A stretch of DNA of 64,000 nt from Methanobacteriota archaeon (GTDB taxonomy: Archaea; Thermoplasmatota; DTKX01; VGTL01). This document shows positions 1 through 11,914 of this stretch, piece by piece. The notes under the pieces are model-generated. The model searched no databases, was not told the origin of the DNA, and saw nothing but the letters and a program-made list of their open reading frames with translations. Positions within the stretch are counted from its first letter, which is position 1. Each line of letters starts with the position of its first letter. Where the stretch lies: NCBI GenBank assembly GCA_016874675.1, contig VGTL01000002.1, positions 9,021-73,020 of the forward strand, read 5' to 3'. The position numbers and the translations under genes are program-made.

Positions 1-28
1 GGTGGCCGATACGCAGGACCTCTATCAC
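1..28 (-). CDS. 5' end of probable tRNA (cytidine(56)-2'-O)-methyltransferase aTrm56, truncated by the window edge
   Basis: GTG at 28 reads MIEVLRIGH..., resembling the aTrm56 N-terminal 'VLRxGHR' motif; only 9 codons visible. Confidence 0.4.
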
Positions 29-50
29 CGTATTCCCTTCATCACTCCCA

Positions 51-160
51 CAACAACGAACGGCTCGCATACGCTCCCGTTCGTTGTTGACTCGTGCGAC
101 CATCCCTCTCGCCGGGACGGGATGTCCGCACTCGTCTCCAACGGCCTTCGGTCGTTGTAG
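51..160. repeat. Cluster of hairpins downstream of tRNA-Thr
   Basis: CAACAACGAACGG(51-63)/CCGTTCGTTGTTG(77-89); GTGCG..CATCCC/GGGATG..CGCAC; CAACGGCC-TTC-GGTCGTTG. Confidence 0.6.
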
Positions 161-233
161 AGCCGCCAGGGGGAGTCGGACCCCCGACCTGCTGCTTACA
201 AGGCAGCCGCTCTACCAGCTGAGCCATGGCGGC
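161..233 (-). tRNA. tRNA-Thr(UGU)
   Basis: Cloverleaf GCCGCCA/TGGCGGC; anticodon arm GCTGC-CTTGTAA-GCAGC; discriminator U73; CCA not encoded; T-loop reads TCCGACT. Confidence 0.93.
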
Positions 234-373
234 ATCGCGGGAGCATATCGGGGCCTCTGAATAAAAGCGTTACTGGGCGCGCGATGGCGCAACCGGGCGG
301 GGAGGGGGCGTTCACCGACCTCCCCTCAGGGTTCTTATACCCGGCGCCGGATACCAACCGGCAAGGTGCCGGC

Positions 374-2338
374 ATGGACCGTTTCCAGCTCGAATCCCAG
401 TTCTCCCCGACGGGGGACCAGCCCGAGGCGGTGGACCGGCTGGCCCGTGGCGTCGAGTCCGGGATGGGGGCCCAGACGCTTTTGGGCATCACCGGCTCGG
501 GCAAGACCTTCACCATGGCCAACGTCATCGCCCGCGTCAACCGGCCGACGCTCGTCATATCGCACAACAAGACGCTCGCGGCCCAGCTCTACTCCGAGTT
601 CCGCTCCTTCTTCCCGAAGAACGCCGTCGAATATTTTGTCTCGTACTACGACTACTACCAGCCGGAGTCCTACCTTCCCGAGACGGACACCTACATCGAA
701 AAGGACACGGATGTCAACGCCGAGATAGAGAAGCTGCGTTATGCGGCCACGGGGGCGCTGATGTCGCGGCGCGACGTCATCATCGTCTCGTCGGTGTCGT
801 GCATCTACGGCCTGGGGATGTCGCTCGAGGACTACAAGGCGATGCACGTCGTGCTCAACAAGGGGGACCGCGTCTTGCGCGAGAAGCTCATGTCGCGCCT
901 CGTGGAGATGCAGTACGAGCGCACGCGGGCCCGGGTGGAGAAGGGGCAGTTCCGCGTCACCGGCGGCGTCATCGACCTCCAGCCGCCCGGCGAGGACGTC
1001 AACCTTCGGATAGAGCTCGAGGGCGACAGGGTCGACCGCCTTTCCCTGGTGGACACGGTCACGGGCGACGTCCTCAAGTCGAAGGACACGCTCTACATCT
1101 ACCCGGCCAAGCACTTCGCCACCCCGCCCGAGAAGGTGGAGGCGGCGCTCGGAACGATAAAGAAGGAGCTGAAGGAGAGGCTCTCGTTCTTCAAGGAGGA
1201 GAAGAAGGTCGTCGAGGCCTACCGTTTGGAGACGAGGACCAACCACGACATGGAGATGATCCGCGAGATGGGCTACTGCTCCGGCATCGAGAACTACTCC
1301 AGGCACTTCACCGGGCGGTCGAAGGGCCAGCCGCCGTACACGCTCATGGACTATTTCCCCCAAGACTACCTGCTCATTATCGACGAGAGCCATGTCACGC
1401 TGCCGCAGATACGCGGGATGCACCGCGGGGACCTTTCGAGGAAGCAGTCGCTGGTCGATTACGGGTTCAGGCTCGAGTCCGCTTTCGACAACAGGCCCCT
1501 GCGGTTCGAGGAGTTCGAAAAGAAGGTCAACACCGTCATATATACCTCGGCGACGCCGGCCGAGTACGAATTGAAGGCCAGCGACCAGGTGGTCGAGCAG
1601 ATCCTGCGCCCGACGGGCCTGCTCGATCCGGCAATCGATGTGCGGCCGACGAAGAACCAGATCGACAATCTGCTGGAGGAGATACATGCCACGGTCGGGC
1701 GGGGCAACCGGGTGCTGGTCACGACGCTCACGAAGAAGATGGCCGAGGACCTCACGGAATACCTGCAGGACAAGGACATCCGGGCGCGCTACCTGCACTC
1801 CGAGATAGACACCCTGGACCGCATAGAGGTCCTGCGGGGCCTGCGGAAGGGGGAGTTCGACGTCCTGGTCGGGATAAATCTGCTGAGGGAGGGCCTCGAC
1901 ATGCCCGTGGTCGAGCTCGTGGCCATCCTGGATGCGGACAAGGAGGGCTTTCTCCGGTCGGAGACCTCGCTCATCCAGACGATTGGCAGGGCCTCGCGCA
2001 ACGAGAACGGTCGCGTCATAATGTACGCCGACCACATCACCCGGTCGATGAAGGCGGCCATCGAGATAACGAGGGGCCGGAGGCGCAAGCAGGAGGCCCA
2101 CAACCGCAGGAAGGGCATAACGCCGAGGACCATAACGCAGACGGGCGAGCTCATGGCGACGGCCCGGAAGGCGGAGATCAGCAAGGAAGGTTTGACGGTC
2201 GCCATGGCCAGGGACATGCTCATAGACCTCGAGCGCGACATGCGCTTCGCCGCCCGGCGGCAGGAGTTCGAGCTGGCGGCGAAGTACCGCGACGAGATAA
2301 AGGGGCTCAGGGAGTGGCTGGAGATTAACGAGGGCTGA
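374..2338 (+). CDS. uvrB: Excinuclease ABC subunit B
   Basis: Walker A GITGSGKT, YYDYYQPE beta-hairpin, DESH, GINLLREGLD, C-terminal UVR coil; start set at ATG 374. Confidence 0.97.
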   Translation: MDRFQLESQFSPTGDQPEAVDRLARGVESGMGAQTLLGITGSGKTFTMANVIARVNRPTLVISHNKTLAAQLYSEFRSFFPKNAVEYFVSYYDYYQPESYLPETDTYIEKDTDVNAEIEKLRYAATGALMSRRDVIIVSSVSCIYGLGMSLEDYKAMHVVLNKGDRVLREKLMSRLVEMQYERTRARVEKGQFRVTGGVIDLQPPGEDVNLRIELEGDRVDRLSLVDTVTGDVLKSKDTLYIYPAKHFATPPEKVEAALGTIKKELKERLSFFKEEKKVVEAYRLETRTNHDMEMIREMGYCSGIENYSRHFTGRSKGQPPYTLMDYFPQDYLLIIDESHVTLPQIRGMHRGDLSRKQSLVDYGFRLESAFDNRPLRFEEFEKKVNTVIYTSATPAEYELKASDQVVEQILRPTGLLDPAIDVRPTKNQIDNLLEEIHATVGRGNRVLVTTLTKKMAEDLTEYLQDKDIRARYLHSEIDTLDRIEVLRGLRKGEFDVLVGINLLREGLDMPVVELVAILDADKEGFLRSETSLIQTIGRASRNENGRVIMYADHITRSMKAAIEITRGRRRKQEAHNRRKGITPRTITQTGELMATARKAEISKEGLTVAMARDMLIDLERDMRFAARRQEFELAAKYRDEIKGLREWLEINEG

Positions 2339-2398
2339 GGGGCGGTATCCGCCCACCCCTCCACAATCCCTATATAGTGCGTCTTGGTTTTTCCGGCC

Positions 2399-5236
<2,838 letters not shown>

Positions 5237-5263
5237 GGATTGAAGGGGCAAGGGGCAAGGGTT

Positions 5264-7123
5264 ATGACGGGCAGGAGGGACCGCAGGGAAGGACCGCAAA
5301 AGCCCCCGCAGGGGTTCGATGTGAGGGCACGGGCCCGGGAACTGCCCGAGCTGCCCGGCGTCTACCAGTTCCTCGACGCTTCGGGAAAGGTCCTTTACAT
5401 CGGAAAAGCGCGGAACCTGCGGAAGCGGATAGACTCCTACATACGGCCGCACTCGTGGCTCATCCCCGCGATGCTCGAAAGGGCGCGCTCGCTCGATTAT
5501 ACCGTTACGAAGACGGACCGCGAATCCCTCATCCTGGAGGCGTCGATGGTCCGCCACCACAAGCCGAGGTACAACGTGAAGCTCAAGGACGACAAGAGGT
5601 TCCCGTACCTCAAGCTCACGAAGGAGGGGTTCCCCCGCCTGATCCATGTCCGCCGGACCGCCGACGACGGGGCGACCTACTTCGGGCCTTTCACCTTCGG
5701 CCCGATAAACCGGACGATGAGGTTCGTGCGCAGGCTCTTCGGGCTGCGGCCCTGCGCCAGCCTGCTCCCGCGGGGCTGCATCTACGGGGACATGGGGAAC
5801 TGCCTGGCGCCGTGCCGGGGGAAATGCACCCAGAAGGAGTACGCGGAGGCGGTGGGGCAGGCGGCCAGATACCTCTCGGGGGAGCACCGCGCCCTCCTGA
5901 CCGGCCTCGAAGAACGGATGGAGGAGCTCTCCGAGCGGCAGGAATACGAGAAGGCTGCGGCGATCCGGGACCAGATAAGGACCGTATCCAGGCTCGCGGC
6001 GCGGCAGAGGGTGGATTTCCTCGACCCGGCCGACCGCGACGCGATCGTCGTGAGGAGGGCCGGGGCGGAGAGGGCGCTTGCGCTCCACTACTCGATAAGG
6101 GGCGGCATCGTGGTGGCGAAGAAGCACTTCAGCCTCGACGCGCCCGAAGGGTTGGGGCCCGGCGATGTCCTCGAGGGCTTCCTGACGCAGTACTACGGCA
6201 ATGCCTCCCCGCCACCGGAGATAATGATGCCCGCGGCCGTCCCGGGGCGCGCCCTGGTCGAGGACTGGCTCTCCTCGGTGGCGGGGCGCAGGGTGCGCCT
6301 GCTCCTGCCGAAGAAGGGCCCCCGGAGGAGATTGCTCGGGCTTATGGAATCGGACCTCGCCGCGCTGGCGGCCGCGATGGAGGGCGGGAAGCCGAGGGAC
6401 GGAGCCTACGACGAGGCGGCGGCCGAGCTGCAGAAGTGGCTCTGCCTTCCCCGTGTGCCGGAGAGCATCGAGGCCTACGACATATCGACGATCCAGGGGA
6501 CGAGCTCGGTCGGGGCGAAGGTGCGCTTCGAGAACGGCCTGCCGGCGAAGAGCGGGTACCGGAGGTTCAGGATCAAGAGCGTCGCCGGGCAGGACGATTT
6601 CGCCATGATGGGCGAGGTCCTCTCACGGAGGATGGGTCATATGGACGACGACCCCTTGCCGGACCTGATGTTGATCGATGGAGGCAAGGGGCAGCTAGGG
6701 GCGGCGCTAGGAGCGATGAAGAGGGCCGGAGCGAAGGGCGAGGGCGTGAAGGGAGGGGACGCGAATGTGGCGGGCGCCCGGCCGGCCCTGGCCGCGCTTG
6801 CGAAAAGGGAGGAGGAGGTGTTCGTTCCGGGAGAGGAGGCGCCCCTGCCGATTCCCCCCGGGTCGAAGGCGCGGCTCCTGCTCCAGAGGGTCCGGGACGA
6901 GGCGCACCGCTTTGCGGTCGGCTACCACCGCAAGCTCCGATCGAGGGGGCAGACCGGTTCGGCGCTGGACAGGGTCGAGGGGCTGGGCGCGAAGAAGGCG
7001 GCGGCGCTGCTCCGGCGGTTCTCGTCCGTGGCGGGAATACGGGCGGCGTCCGAGGACGAGCTGAGGCAGGTGGAGGGGATCGGGCCGAAACTGGCCAGGC
7101 AGGTCAAGGAAACCCTCGGATAA
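5264..7123 (+). CDS. uvrC: Excinuclease ABC subunit C
   Basis: GIY-YIG (PGVY..LYIGKA), RNase H-like (DIS, IDGGKGQ, RDEAHRFA), C-terminal HhH2. Confidence 0.96.
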   Translation: MTGRRDRREGPQKPPQGFDVRARARELPELPGVYQFLDASGKVLYIGKARNLRKRIDSYIRPHSWLIPAMLERARSLDYTVTKTDRESLILEASMVRHHKPRYNVKLKDDKRFPYLKLTKEGFPRLIHVRRTADDGATYFGPFTFGPINRTMRFVRRLFGLRPCASLLPRGCIYGDMGNCLAPCRGKCTQKEYAEAVGQAARYLSGEHRALLTGLEERMEELSERQEYEKAAAIRDQIRTVSRLAARQRVDFLDPADRDAIVVRRAGAERALALHYSIRGGIVVAKKHFSLDAPEGLGPGDVLEGFLTQYYGNASPPPEIMMPAAVPGRALVEDWLSSVAGRRVRLLLPKKGPRRRLLGLMESDLAALAAAMEGGKPRDGAYDEAAAELQKWLCLPRVPESIEAYDISTIQGTSSVGAKVRFENGLPAKSGYRRFRIKSVAGQDDFAMMGEVLSRRMGHMDDDPLPDLMLIDGGKGQLGAALGAMKRAGAKGEGVKGGDANVAGARPALAALAKREEEVFVPGEEAPLPIPPGSKARLLLQRVRDEAHRFAVGYHRKLRSRGQTGSALDRVEGLGAKKAAALLRRFSSVAGIRAASEDELRQVEGIGPKLARQVKETLG

Positions 7124-7164
7124 TCCTCCACAATGTATATACGGCGGGGGGCGAATAATTGAGC

Positions 7165-7326
7165 ATGGCCCGGCGAAGGACCCCGGCTCAACGGAAAAAG
7201 GACCAAGACCTGGGCTACATGCTAGTCCGGCCGGAAAGGCTGGACCGCCTGTTCGAGTACTGGGACCTGCACGGATTGGGGCTAAAGGCATGGAAAAAAC
7301 GGCGGGCGCGAAAACCGGGACGGTAG
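7165..7326 (+). CDS. Unannotated 53-aa basic protein overlapping the nucleotidyltransferase start (putative partner/antitoxin-like)
   Basis: ATG 7165-TAG 7326: MARRRTPAQRKKDQDLGYMLVRPERLDRLFEYWDLHGLGLKAWKKRRARKPGR; TATA-like TGTATATA just upstream; below the 60-aa ORF cutoff. Confidence 0.55.
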   Translation: MARRRTPAQRKKDQDLGYMLVRPERLDRLFEYWDLHGLGLKAWKKRRARKPGR

Positions 7327-7808
7327 AGCTCTTTCTCGAGCTTGGGAAAGAGGGGCTCCGGTTCCTGGTCACTGGTGGCTTCGCAGCCAATCTTTATGGC
7401 GTGGAGAGGGCGACCTACGACATCGACCTCGCCATCTCGCCCGAGCCGGCAGCGATCACCGGCTTGATTTCAGCTTTGCGCCGAGCTGGATATACGGAGG
7501 TTGTCAACATCAACTCGGGAAAGAGAATCGCCGTCCTCAAGGATATCGCGCCGGAGAGGATAATGGAGATGGAATCCGTCCGCATAAGGAACAGGAAGGA
7601 GGTCGATGTGTTGATCGTTCCCTCGGCGCAGTTCGAGTACCTCTGGGAATACAGGTTGGAAATCGACTACGCGGGCACAAAGATCCCCTTGCCCAACCCA
7701 ATGGACCTTGTTCACATGAAGGAGCAGTCGTCCCGACGGGTCGACCGGGAGGATGCGAAGCGGCTCAGGCATCTTATCGGGTCGAAGAAAAAGCAGGCGG
7801 GACGATGA
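7290..7808 (+). CDS. Pol-beta superfamily nucleotidyltransferase (DUF6036/AbiEii-like)
   Basis: GGFAANLYG..RATYDID (GG..DxD motif); C-terminal DLVHMK..SRRVDREDA. Confidence 0.8.
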   Translation: MEKTAGAKTGTVELFLELGKEGLRFLVTGGFAANLYGVERATYDIDLAISPEPAAITGLISALRRAGYTEVVNINSGKRIAVLKDIAPERIMEMESVRIRNRKEVDVLIVPSAQFEYLWEYRLEIDYAGTKIPLPNPMDLVHMKEQSSRRVDREDAKRLRHLIGSKKKQAGR

Positions 7809-7898
7809 AGCCATCCCGCCCGATGGCAATCGGGTAGACCGCCCACAGACCTTTCTCCGACAGATAGCCTTAAGAATGCACCCCGCCATCAATGCGGC

Positions 7899-8654
7899 GT
7901 GTCCAAGCGCTGGTTCCGGGAGAAAAAGCGCGAGCACTTCTACAAGCTAGCCAAGAAGGAGCACTACCGCTCCCGCGCGGCCTACAAGCTCAAGCAGATA
8001 CAGGGCCGGTTCAACGTGATTCACTATGATTTCCTGGTCGTCGACCTGGGCGCATCCCCGGGCGGCTGGTCCCAGGTGGCGGCCGGGATAGCCGGCCGCA
8101 ACGGGAAGGTGGTCGCCATCGACCGGGCACGCATGAAGCCCGTGGAGGACGTCTTGGTCCTGCGCGGGGACATGACCAAGGACGAGACCGTGGCCGCGCT
8201 GTTCCGGGCCCTCGGGGGCCGGAAGGCGGACGTGGTGCTTTCGGACATGTCCCCGGACATCTCCGGGAACTACTCCATCGACCACGCCCGGTCAATCGAG
8301 CTTTGCGGGACCGCCCTGGCCTTCGCCCGCCGGGCCCTTCGCCCCGGGGGCAACCTCGTGGTCAAGGCCTTCCAGGGAGACCTCTTCGGCCGCTTCCTGG
8401 CCGCGGTCCGCCAAGACTTCAGAAACGTCCACGCCTTCCACCCGGAGGCCTCCCGCCCCTCGAGCTCGGAGATATACGTTGTCGCCAAGGGATACGGCAT
8501 GGAGGGCGATGGGGGGAAGGCGCGGGGCGCAGGGCGCAGGGCGCAAGGGAAGGAGCAAGGCGCAGGGCGCAAGGCGCAAGGGAAGGAGCAAGGGGCAAGG
8601 GGCAAGGGGCAAGGGATGGACGGAGGATTTCGGGAAAGGGCTGAGGAGGAATAG
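7899..8654 (+). CDS. rlmE: 23S rRNA Um2552 2'-O-methyltransferase RlmE/FtsJ with repeat-derived C-terminal tail
   Basis: YRSRAAYKL, DLGASPGGWSQ, SDMSP, K..SR..SSEIY; tail after YVVAKGY is largely encoded by heptamer repeats. Confidence 0.93.
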   Translation: MSKRWFREKKREHFYKLAKKEHYRSRAAYKLKQIQGRFNVIHYDFLVVDLGASPGGWSQVAAGIAGRNGKVVAIDRARMKPVEDVLVLRGDMTKDETVAALFRALGGRKADVVLSDMSPDISGNYSIDHARSIELCGTALAFARRALRPGGNLVVKAFQGDLFGRFLAAVRQDFRNVHAFHPEASRPSSSEIYVVAKGYGMEGDGGKARGAGRRAQGKEQGAGRKAQGKEQGARGKGQGMDGGFRERAEEE

Positions 8655-8736
8655 GCCCCCGCTTCCCCCCTTGCTCCTTGCACCTTGACCCTTGCGCCTC
8701 CAGCCTTGCGCCTTGCGCCTTGCGCCTTGCGCCTTG
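8517..8736. repeat. Inverted pair of heptamer arrays (GGCGCAA/GGGGCAA)n ... (CCTTGCG)n
   Basis: Purine arm ~8517-8615 inside rlmE; pyrimidine arm ~8669-8736. Confidence 0.85.
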
Positions 8737-8756
8737 ATATTGCCCAAGCGCAATGC

Positions 8757-8763
8757 TTTTAAA
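8757..8763 (+). promoter_or_regulatory. Probable TATA box of the rpl18e operon
   Basis: TTTTAAA in GC-rich context upstream of rpl18e. Confidence 0.5.
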
Positions 8764-8830
8764 CCCTTCCCGCGTTAGGGACACTTCACCGAGAGAAAGC
8801 CCGAGAGAAACGGGAAGGCGAGTGCGACCG

Positions 8831-9202
8831 ATGGGTAAAAGCAAGCTTGGGGGCAAGACCAGCGACGTCGTCAGGACGACGATAGAGGAGCTCAGGCTCG
8901 TCTCGAGGGCCAAGGGCGCCCCGGTCTGGCGGACCGTGGCGGACCGGCTCGAGCGGCCCCTCAGGAACTGGGCCGAGGTCAACCTGGACAAGGCCTCCGC
9001 CAGCCTCAAGGAGGGCGAGCTCGGCGTCGTCCCCGGCCGCGTCCTGGGCGGCGGCTCCGCCCGCAGGGGCCTCCAGATCGCCGCGTTCGGGTTCTCCAAG
9101 GGGGCCCGGGAGAAGCTTCTGGCCGCCGGCGGGAGGGCGATGAGCCTCACGGAGGCCGCGGACTCGAACCCCAAGGGCACCAATGTCAGGATTCTGGGGT
9201 GA
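8831..9202 (+). CDS. rpl18e: 50S ribosomal protein L18e
   Basis: APVWRTVADRLERP..WAEVNL, VVPGRVLGGG, AFGFSKGA..NPKG. Confidence 0.93.
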   Translation: MGKSKLGGKTSDVVRTTIEELRLVSRAKGAPVWRTVADRLERPLRNWAEVNLDKASASLKEGELGVVPGRVLGGGSARRGLQIAAFGFSKGAREKLLAAGGRAMSLTEAADSNPKGTNVRILG

Positions 9203-9206
9203 CCGG

Positions 9207-9617
9207 ATGACGTTCATCGACGCCGACGGAGCGGTCCTGGGGAGGCTCGCCAGCGAGGTGGCCAAGCGCATCCTCAAGGGCGAGGAGATAACGGTCGTGA
9301 ACGCCGAGAAGGCGCTGGTCACCGGCTCCCGGGAAGACGTCTTGGACCACTACAAGGAGCAGAGGTTCATCGGGAGCACCCGCAAGGGGCCCTATTTCCC
9401 GAGGATGCCCGACCGCATCCTGCGGCGGACGGTCCGGGGAATGCTCCCTTTCAGGCAGCACCGGGGCCGCAGCGCCTACAAGCGGCTCAGGGTTTTCATC
9501 GGGGTCCCCCGGGAGCTTGGCAAGGTCCAGGCGGAGAAGGCGGGCGCCCGCCTCCTCCGGAACCCCCGGTTCATGGAGCTGGGCGAGGTCTCCCGCCTGC
9601 TGGGAGCGAAGTTCTGA
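9207..9617 (+). CDS. rpl13: 50S ribosomal protein L13
   Basis: [37 protein letters not shown]. Confidence 0.95.
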   Translation: MTFIDADGAVLGRLASEVAKRILKGEEITVVNAEKALVTGSREDVLDHYKEQRFIGSTRKGPYFPRMPDRILRRTVRGMLPFRQHRGRSAYKRLRVFIGVPRELGKVQAEKAGARLLRNPRFMELGEVSRLLGAKF

Positions 9618-9627
9618 GGTGCGATGC

Positions 9628-10041
9628 ATGCCGTCCAAGACAGTCCAGGCAGTCGTTGCGACCGGGCGCCGCAAGACCGCGCTCGCCCGGGCCACGGTGA
9701 CCAAGGGCACCGGGAGGATAAGGGTGAACCGCATCCCGCTTGACATATACCGGCCGGAGCTCGCGAGGCTGCGCATCGCCGAGCCGCTGCACATCGCCGG
9801 GGCCGCCGTCAGGAAGGTGGACATCGAGGTCGCCGTCAGCGGCGGCGGTGTCATGGGGCAGGCCTCCGCCGCCCGCACCGCCATTGCCCGCGGCCTCGTC
9901 CGCTTCCTCGACGACAAGGAGCTCGACGACACCTTCCGGCTGTTCGACCGGAGCATCATGGTCAACGACGTGCGCCAGAAGGAGCCCAAGCACCAGCTGG
10001 GCCGGGGCGCACGGAAGAAGCGCCAGAAATCGTACAGATGA
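9628..10041 (+). CDS. rps9: 30S ribosomal protein S9
   Basis: [18 protein letters not shown]-terminal RQKSYR. Confidence 0.95.
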   Translation: MPSKTVQAVVATGRRKTALARATVTKGTGRIRVNRIPLDIYRPELARLRIAEPLHIAGAAVRKVDIEVAVSGGGVMGQASAARTAIARGLVRFLDDKELDDTFRLFDRSIMVNDVRQKEPKHQLGRGARKKRQKSYR

Positions 10042-10050
10042 GGGGAGACA

Positions 10051-10242
10051 ATGATAATACCGGTGCGCTGCTTCACCTGCGGCAAGGTGATTGGGTCGTC
10101 CTACGAGGCGTACAAGAAGCGCCTGGAGCTCGGCGAGAAGCCCAAGGAGGTCCTGGACTCGCTGGGCATCAACCGGTACTGCTGCCGCAGGATGATAATC
10201 TCCCACGCCGACCTCATAGACGACGTCATGCCCTACAGCTGA
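10051..10242 (+). CDS. rpoN: DNA-directed RNA polymerase subunit N (Rpo10)
   Basis: [12 protein letters not shown]...RYCCRRM. Confidence 0.96.
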   Translation: MIIPVRCFTCGKVIGSSYEAYKKRLELGEKPKEVLDSLGINRYCCRRMIISHADLIDDVMPYS

Positions 10243-10333
10243 GCGGCGGGCCCCCGGGCCCGCCGGCACGGACGGCACCGGCCCGGCCCGGCCGGGCGGG
10301 CGGCCGTCCCGAGACCGCAAGGGGGAACGGAAG

Positions 10334-10882
10334 ATGCCCACGAACGTGGAGCTGGTAAAGAAGGTCTGCCTTATTGGCGACCCCGGGGTGGGCAAGACCA
10401 GCCTCATCCGGCGCTTCGTGCTGGACCAGTTCTCCGACGACTACCTGTCCACCATCGGCGCCAAGGTGACCAAGAAGGAGAAGCTCATAGACATCAAGGA
10501 GCACGACCTGCGGGTCCACCTCAACCTGATGATCTGGGACGTCGCCGGCCAGAAGGAGTACCAGCAGTTCCACGAGATGTACCTCAAGGGCATGGAGGGC
10601 GTCCTGGCGGTCTGCGACCTCTCGCGGCGAAACACCTTCGAGCGGCTCAAGGACTCGCTTCGGCTCGTCGAGAAGCACGCCGGGAGCATCCCGGTCGTCT
10701 TCATGCTCAACAAGGCCGACCTGGTCGACCTCCCGGCCTTGGACCTGAGGGAGGTCAACGCCCTGGCCTCACAGCGGGGCATACCGGTCCTGCCCACGAG
10801 CGCCAAGACCGGGCAGAACGTCGAATCCTCCTTCAGCAAGCTGACGATGATGATAATTCGGGACTGGCTGGCGACGAAATAG
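10334..10882 (+). CDS. Rab/Ras-like small GTPase
   Basis: G1 GDPGVGKT, switch I YLSTIG, G3 WDVAGQ, G4 NKAD, G5 SAKT; no C-terminal Cys. Confidence 0.9.
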   Translation: MPTNVELVKKVCLIGDPGVGKTSLIRRFVLDQFSDDYLSTIGAKVTKKEKLIDIKEHDLRVHLNLMIWDVAGQKEYQQFHEMYLKGMEGVLAVCDLSRRNTFERLKDSLRLVEKHAGSIPVVFMLNKADLVDLPALDLREVNALASQRGIPVLPTSAKTGQNVESSFSKLTMMIIRDWLATK

Positions 10883-10898
10883 CGGCCGCGCCGGTGCC

Positions 10899-11909
10899 TC
10901 AGGAGGCCCTGGGGCCGGAGCTCTTCCACCCCTTCGGGTAGGTCCCCGTCGGCATGAGGATTCTCTGGGGCGTGACGGCGATTCCCTGGTTGGTCTCCAT
11001 CATGGCCTCGGAGGCCATCTCGGCGGTGCCCAGGGCGACGCCCTCGCCCTTGGCGGTGAGCACCGCCACCCGGTCCCCCTTCGCTATCCCGCTGTCGAGG
11101 GCCACGAGCCCCGGGACCGCCAGCCGGGCCCCGTGGCACACGGCGTCCACCGCCCCGTCGCGGATGACCACCGCCGGGAGGTGCGAGAGGAGGGCCTCCA
11201 TGGGCCGCACTGCCGCCCGGAGCGGCCCCTCCTCATGGTCCTCCTTCCAGAACACGAAGGCGTCCTTGAGGTCGTGGAGCGTCACGGCCTCCCTCTCGAC
11301 GAAGCGGGCGGTCCTGGTGCGCCGGAGCTCCTGCATGTGGGCGCCCACGCCCAGAACCTCGCCGACGTCGGCGCAGAGGGTGCGGATGTAGGTGCCGGCC
11401 TGGCAGGCCGCCGAGAAGAGCACGTCCCGCCCGTCCACCTCGAGCACCGCGAGCCTGTACACCCGCCGGCTCCTCTGCTGGCGCTTTACCGCCGACCGCA
11501 GGGGCGGCACCTGGAAGATCTCGTCTTCGAACTCCGATAGCACCGAGCGGACCTTGTCCTCGCGCACGTCCTTGTGGAGCTTCATGTAGCAGACGTACTC
11601 CTTGCTCGCGTATAGCAGCGAGCCCACCGCCTTGGTGGCCTGGTCCAGCGTGACCGGCAGCACGCCCGTGACGTTGGGGTCCAGCGTGCCCCCGTGGCCG
11701 GCCCGGGGGACGCCCAGAAGGTCCCGCGCCCAGGCCGCCACCTGGTGGCTGGTCGGCCCGGCCGGCTTGTCCAAGACGACCACGCCCAGGCGGAGCAGGG
11801 CCTCGGCGCAGCGCTTCCCGGGCTCGGCGCCGAAGGCCGGGTCGGACGAAAAATCCGCCCTGACCAGCCGCCGGCGGTTGACGAACGAGGGGTCGGTGGT
11901 CTCGGGCAT
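10899..11909 (-). CDS. cbf5: tRNA/rRNA pseudouridine synthase Cbf5 (TruB family)
   Basis: DKPAGPTSHQV, GHGGTLDPNVTG, GTYIRTL, PUA domain; start set at ATG 11909. Confidence 0.95.
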   Translation of the reverse strand: MPETTDPSFVNRRRLVRADFSSDPAFGAEPGKRCAEALLRLGVVVLDKPAGPTSHQVAAWARDLLGVPRAGHGGTLDPNVTGVLPVTLDQATKAVGSLLYASKEYVCYMKLHKDVREDKVRSVLSEFEDEIFQVPPLRSAVKRQQRSRRVYRLAVLEVDGRDVLFSAACQAGTYIRTLCADVGEVLGVGAHMQELRRTRTARFVEREAVTLHDLKDAFVFWKEDHEEGPLRAAVRPMEALLSHLPAVVIRDGAVDAVCHGARLAVPGLVALDSGIAKGDRVAVLTAKGEGVALGTAEMASEAMMETNQGIAVTPQRILMPTGTYPKGWKSSGPRAS

Positions 11910-11914
11910 CGTCG

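Noticed and set aside
42-227. 61-aa ORF on the minus strand
   Set aside because: It overlaps tRNA-Thr and the downstream hairpins; spurious.
10243-10330. GC-rich palindromes after rpoN (similar ones at 23400-23453)
   Set aside because: Expected by chance at this GC content; at most ordinary mRNA hairpins.
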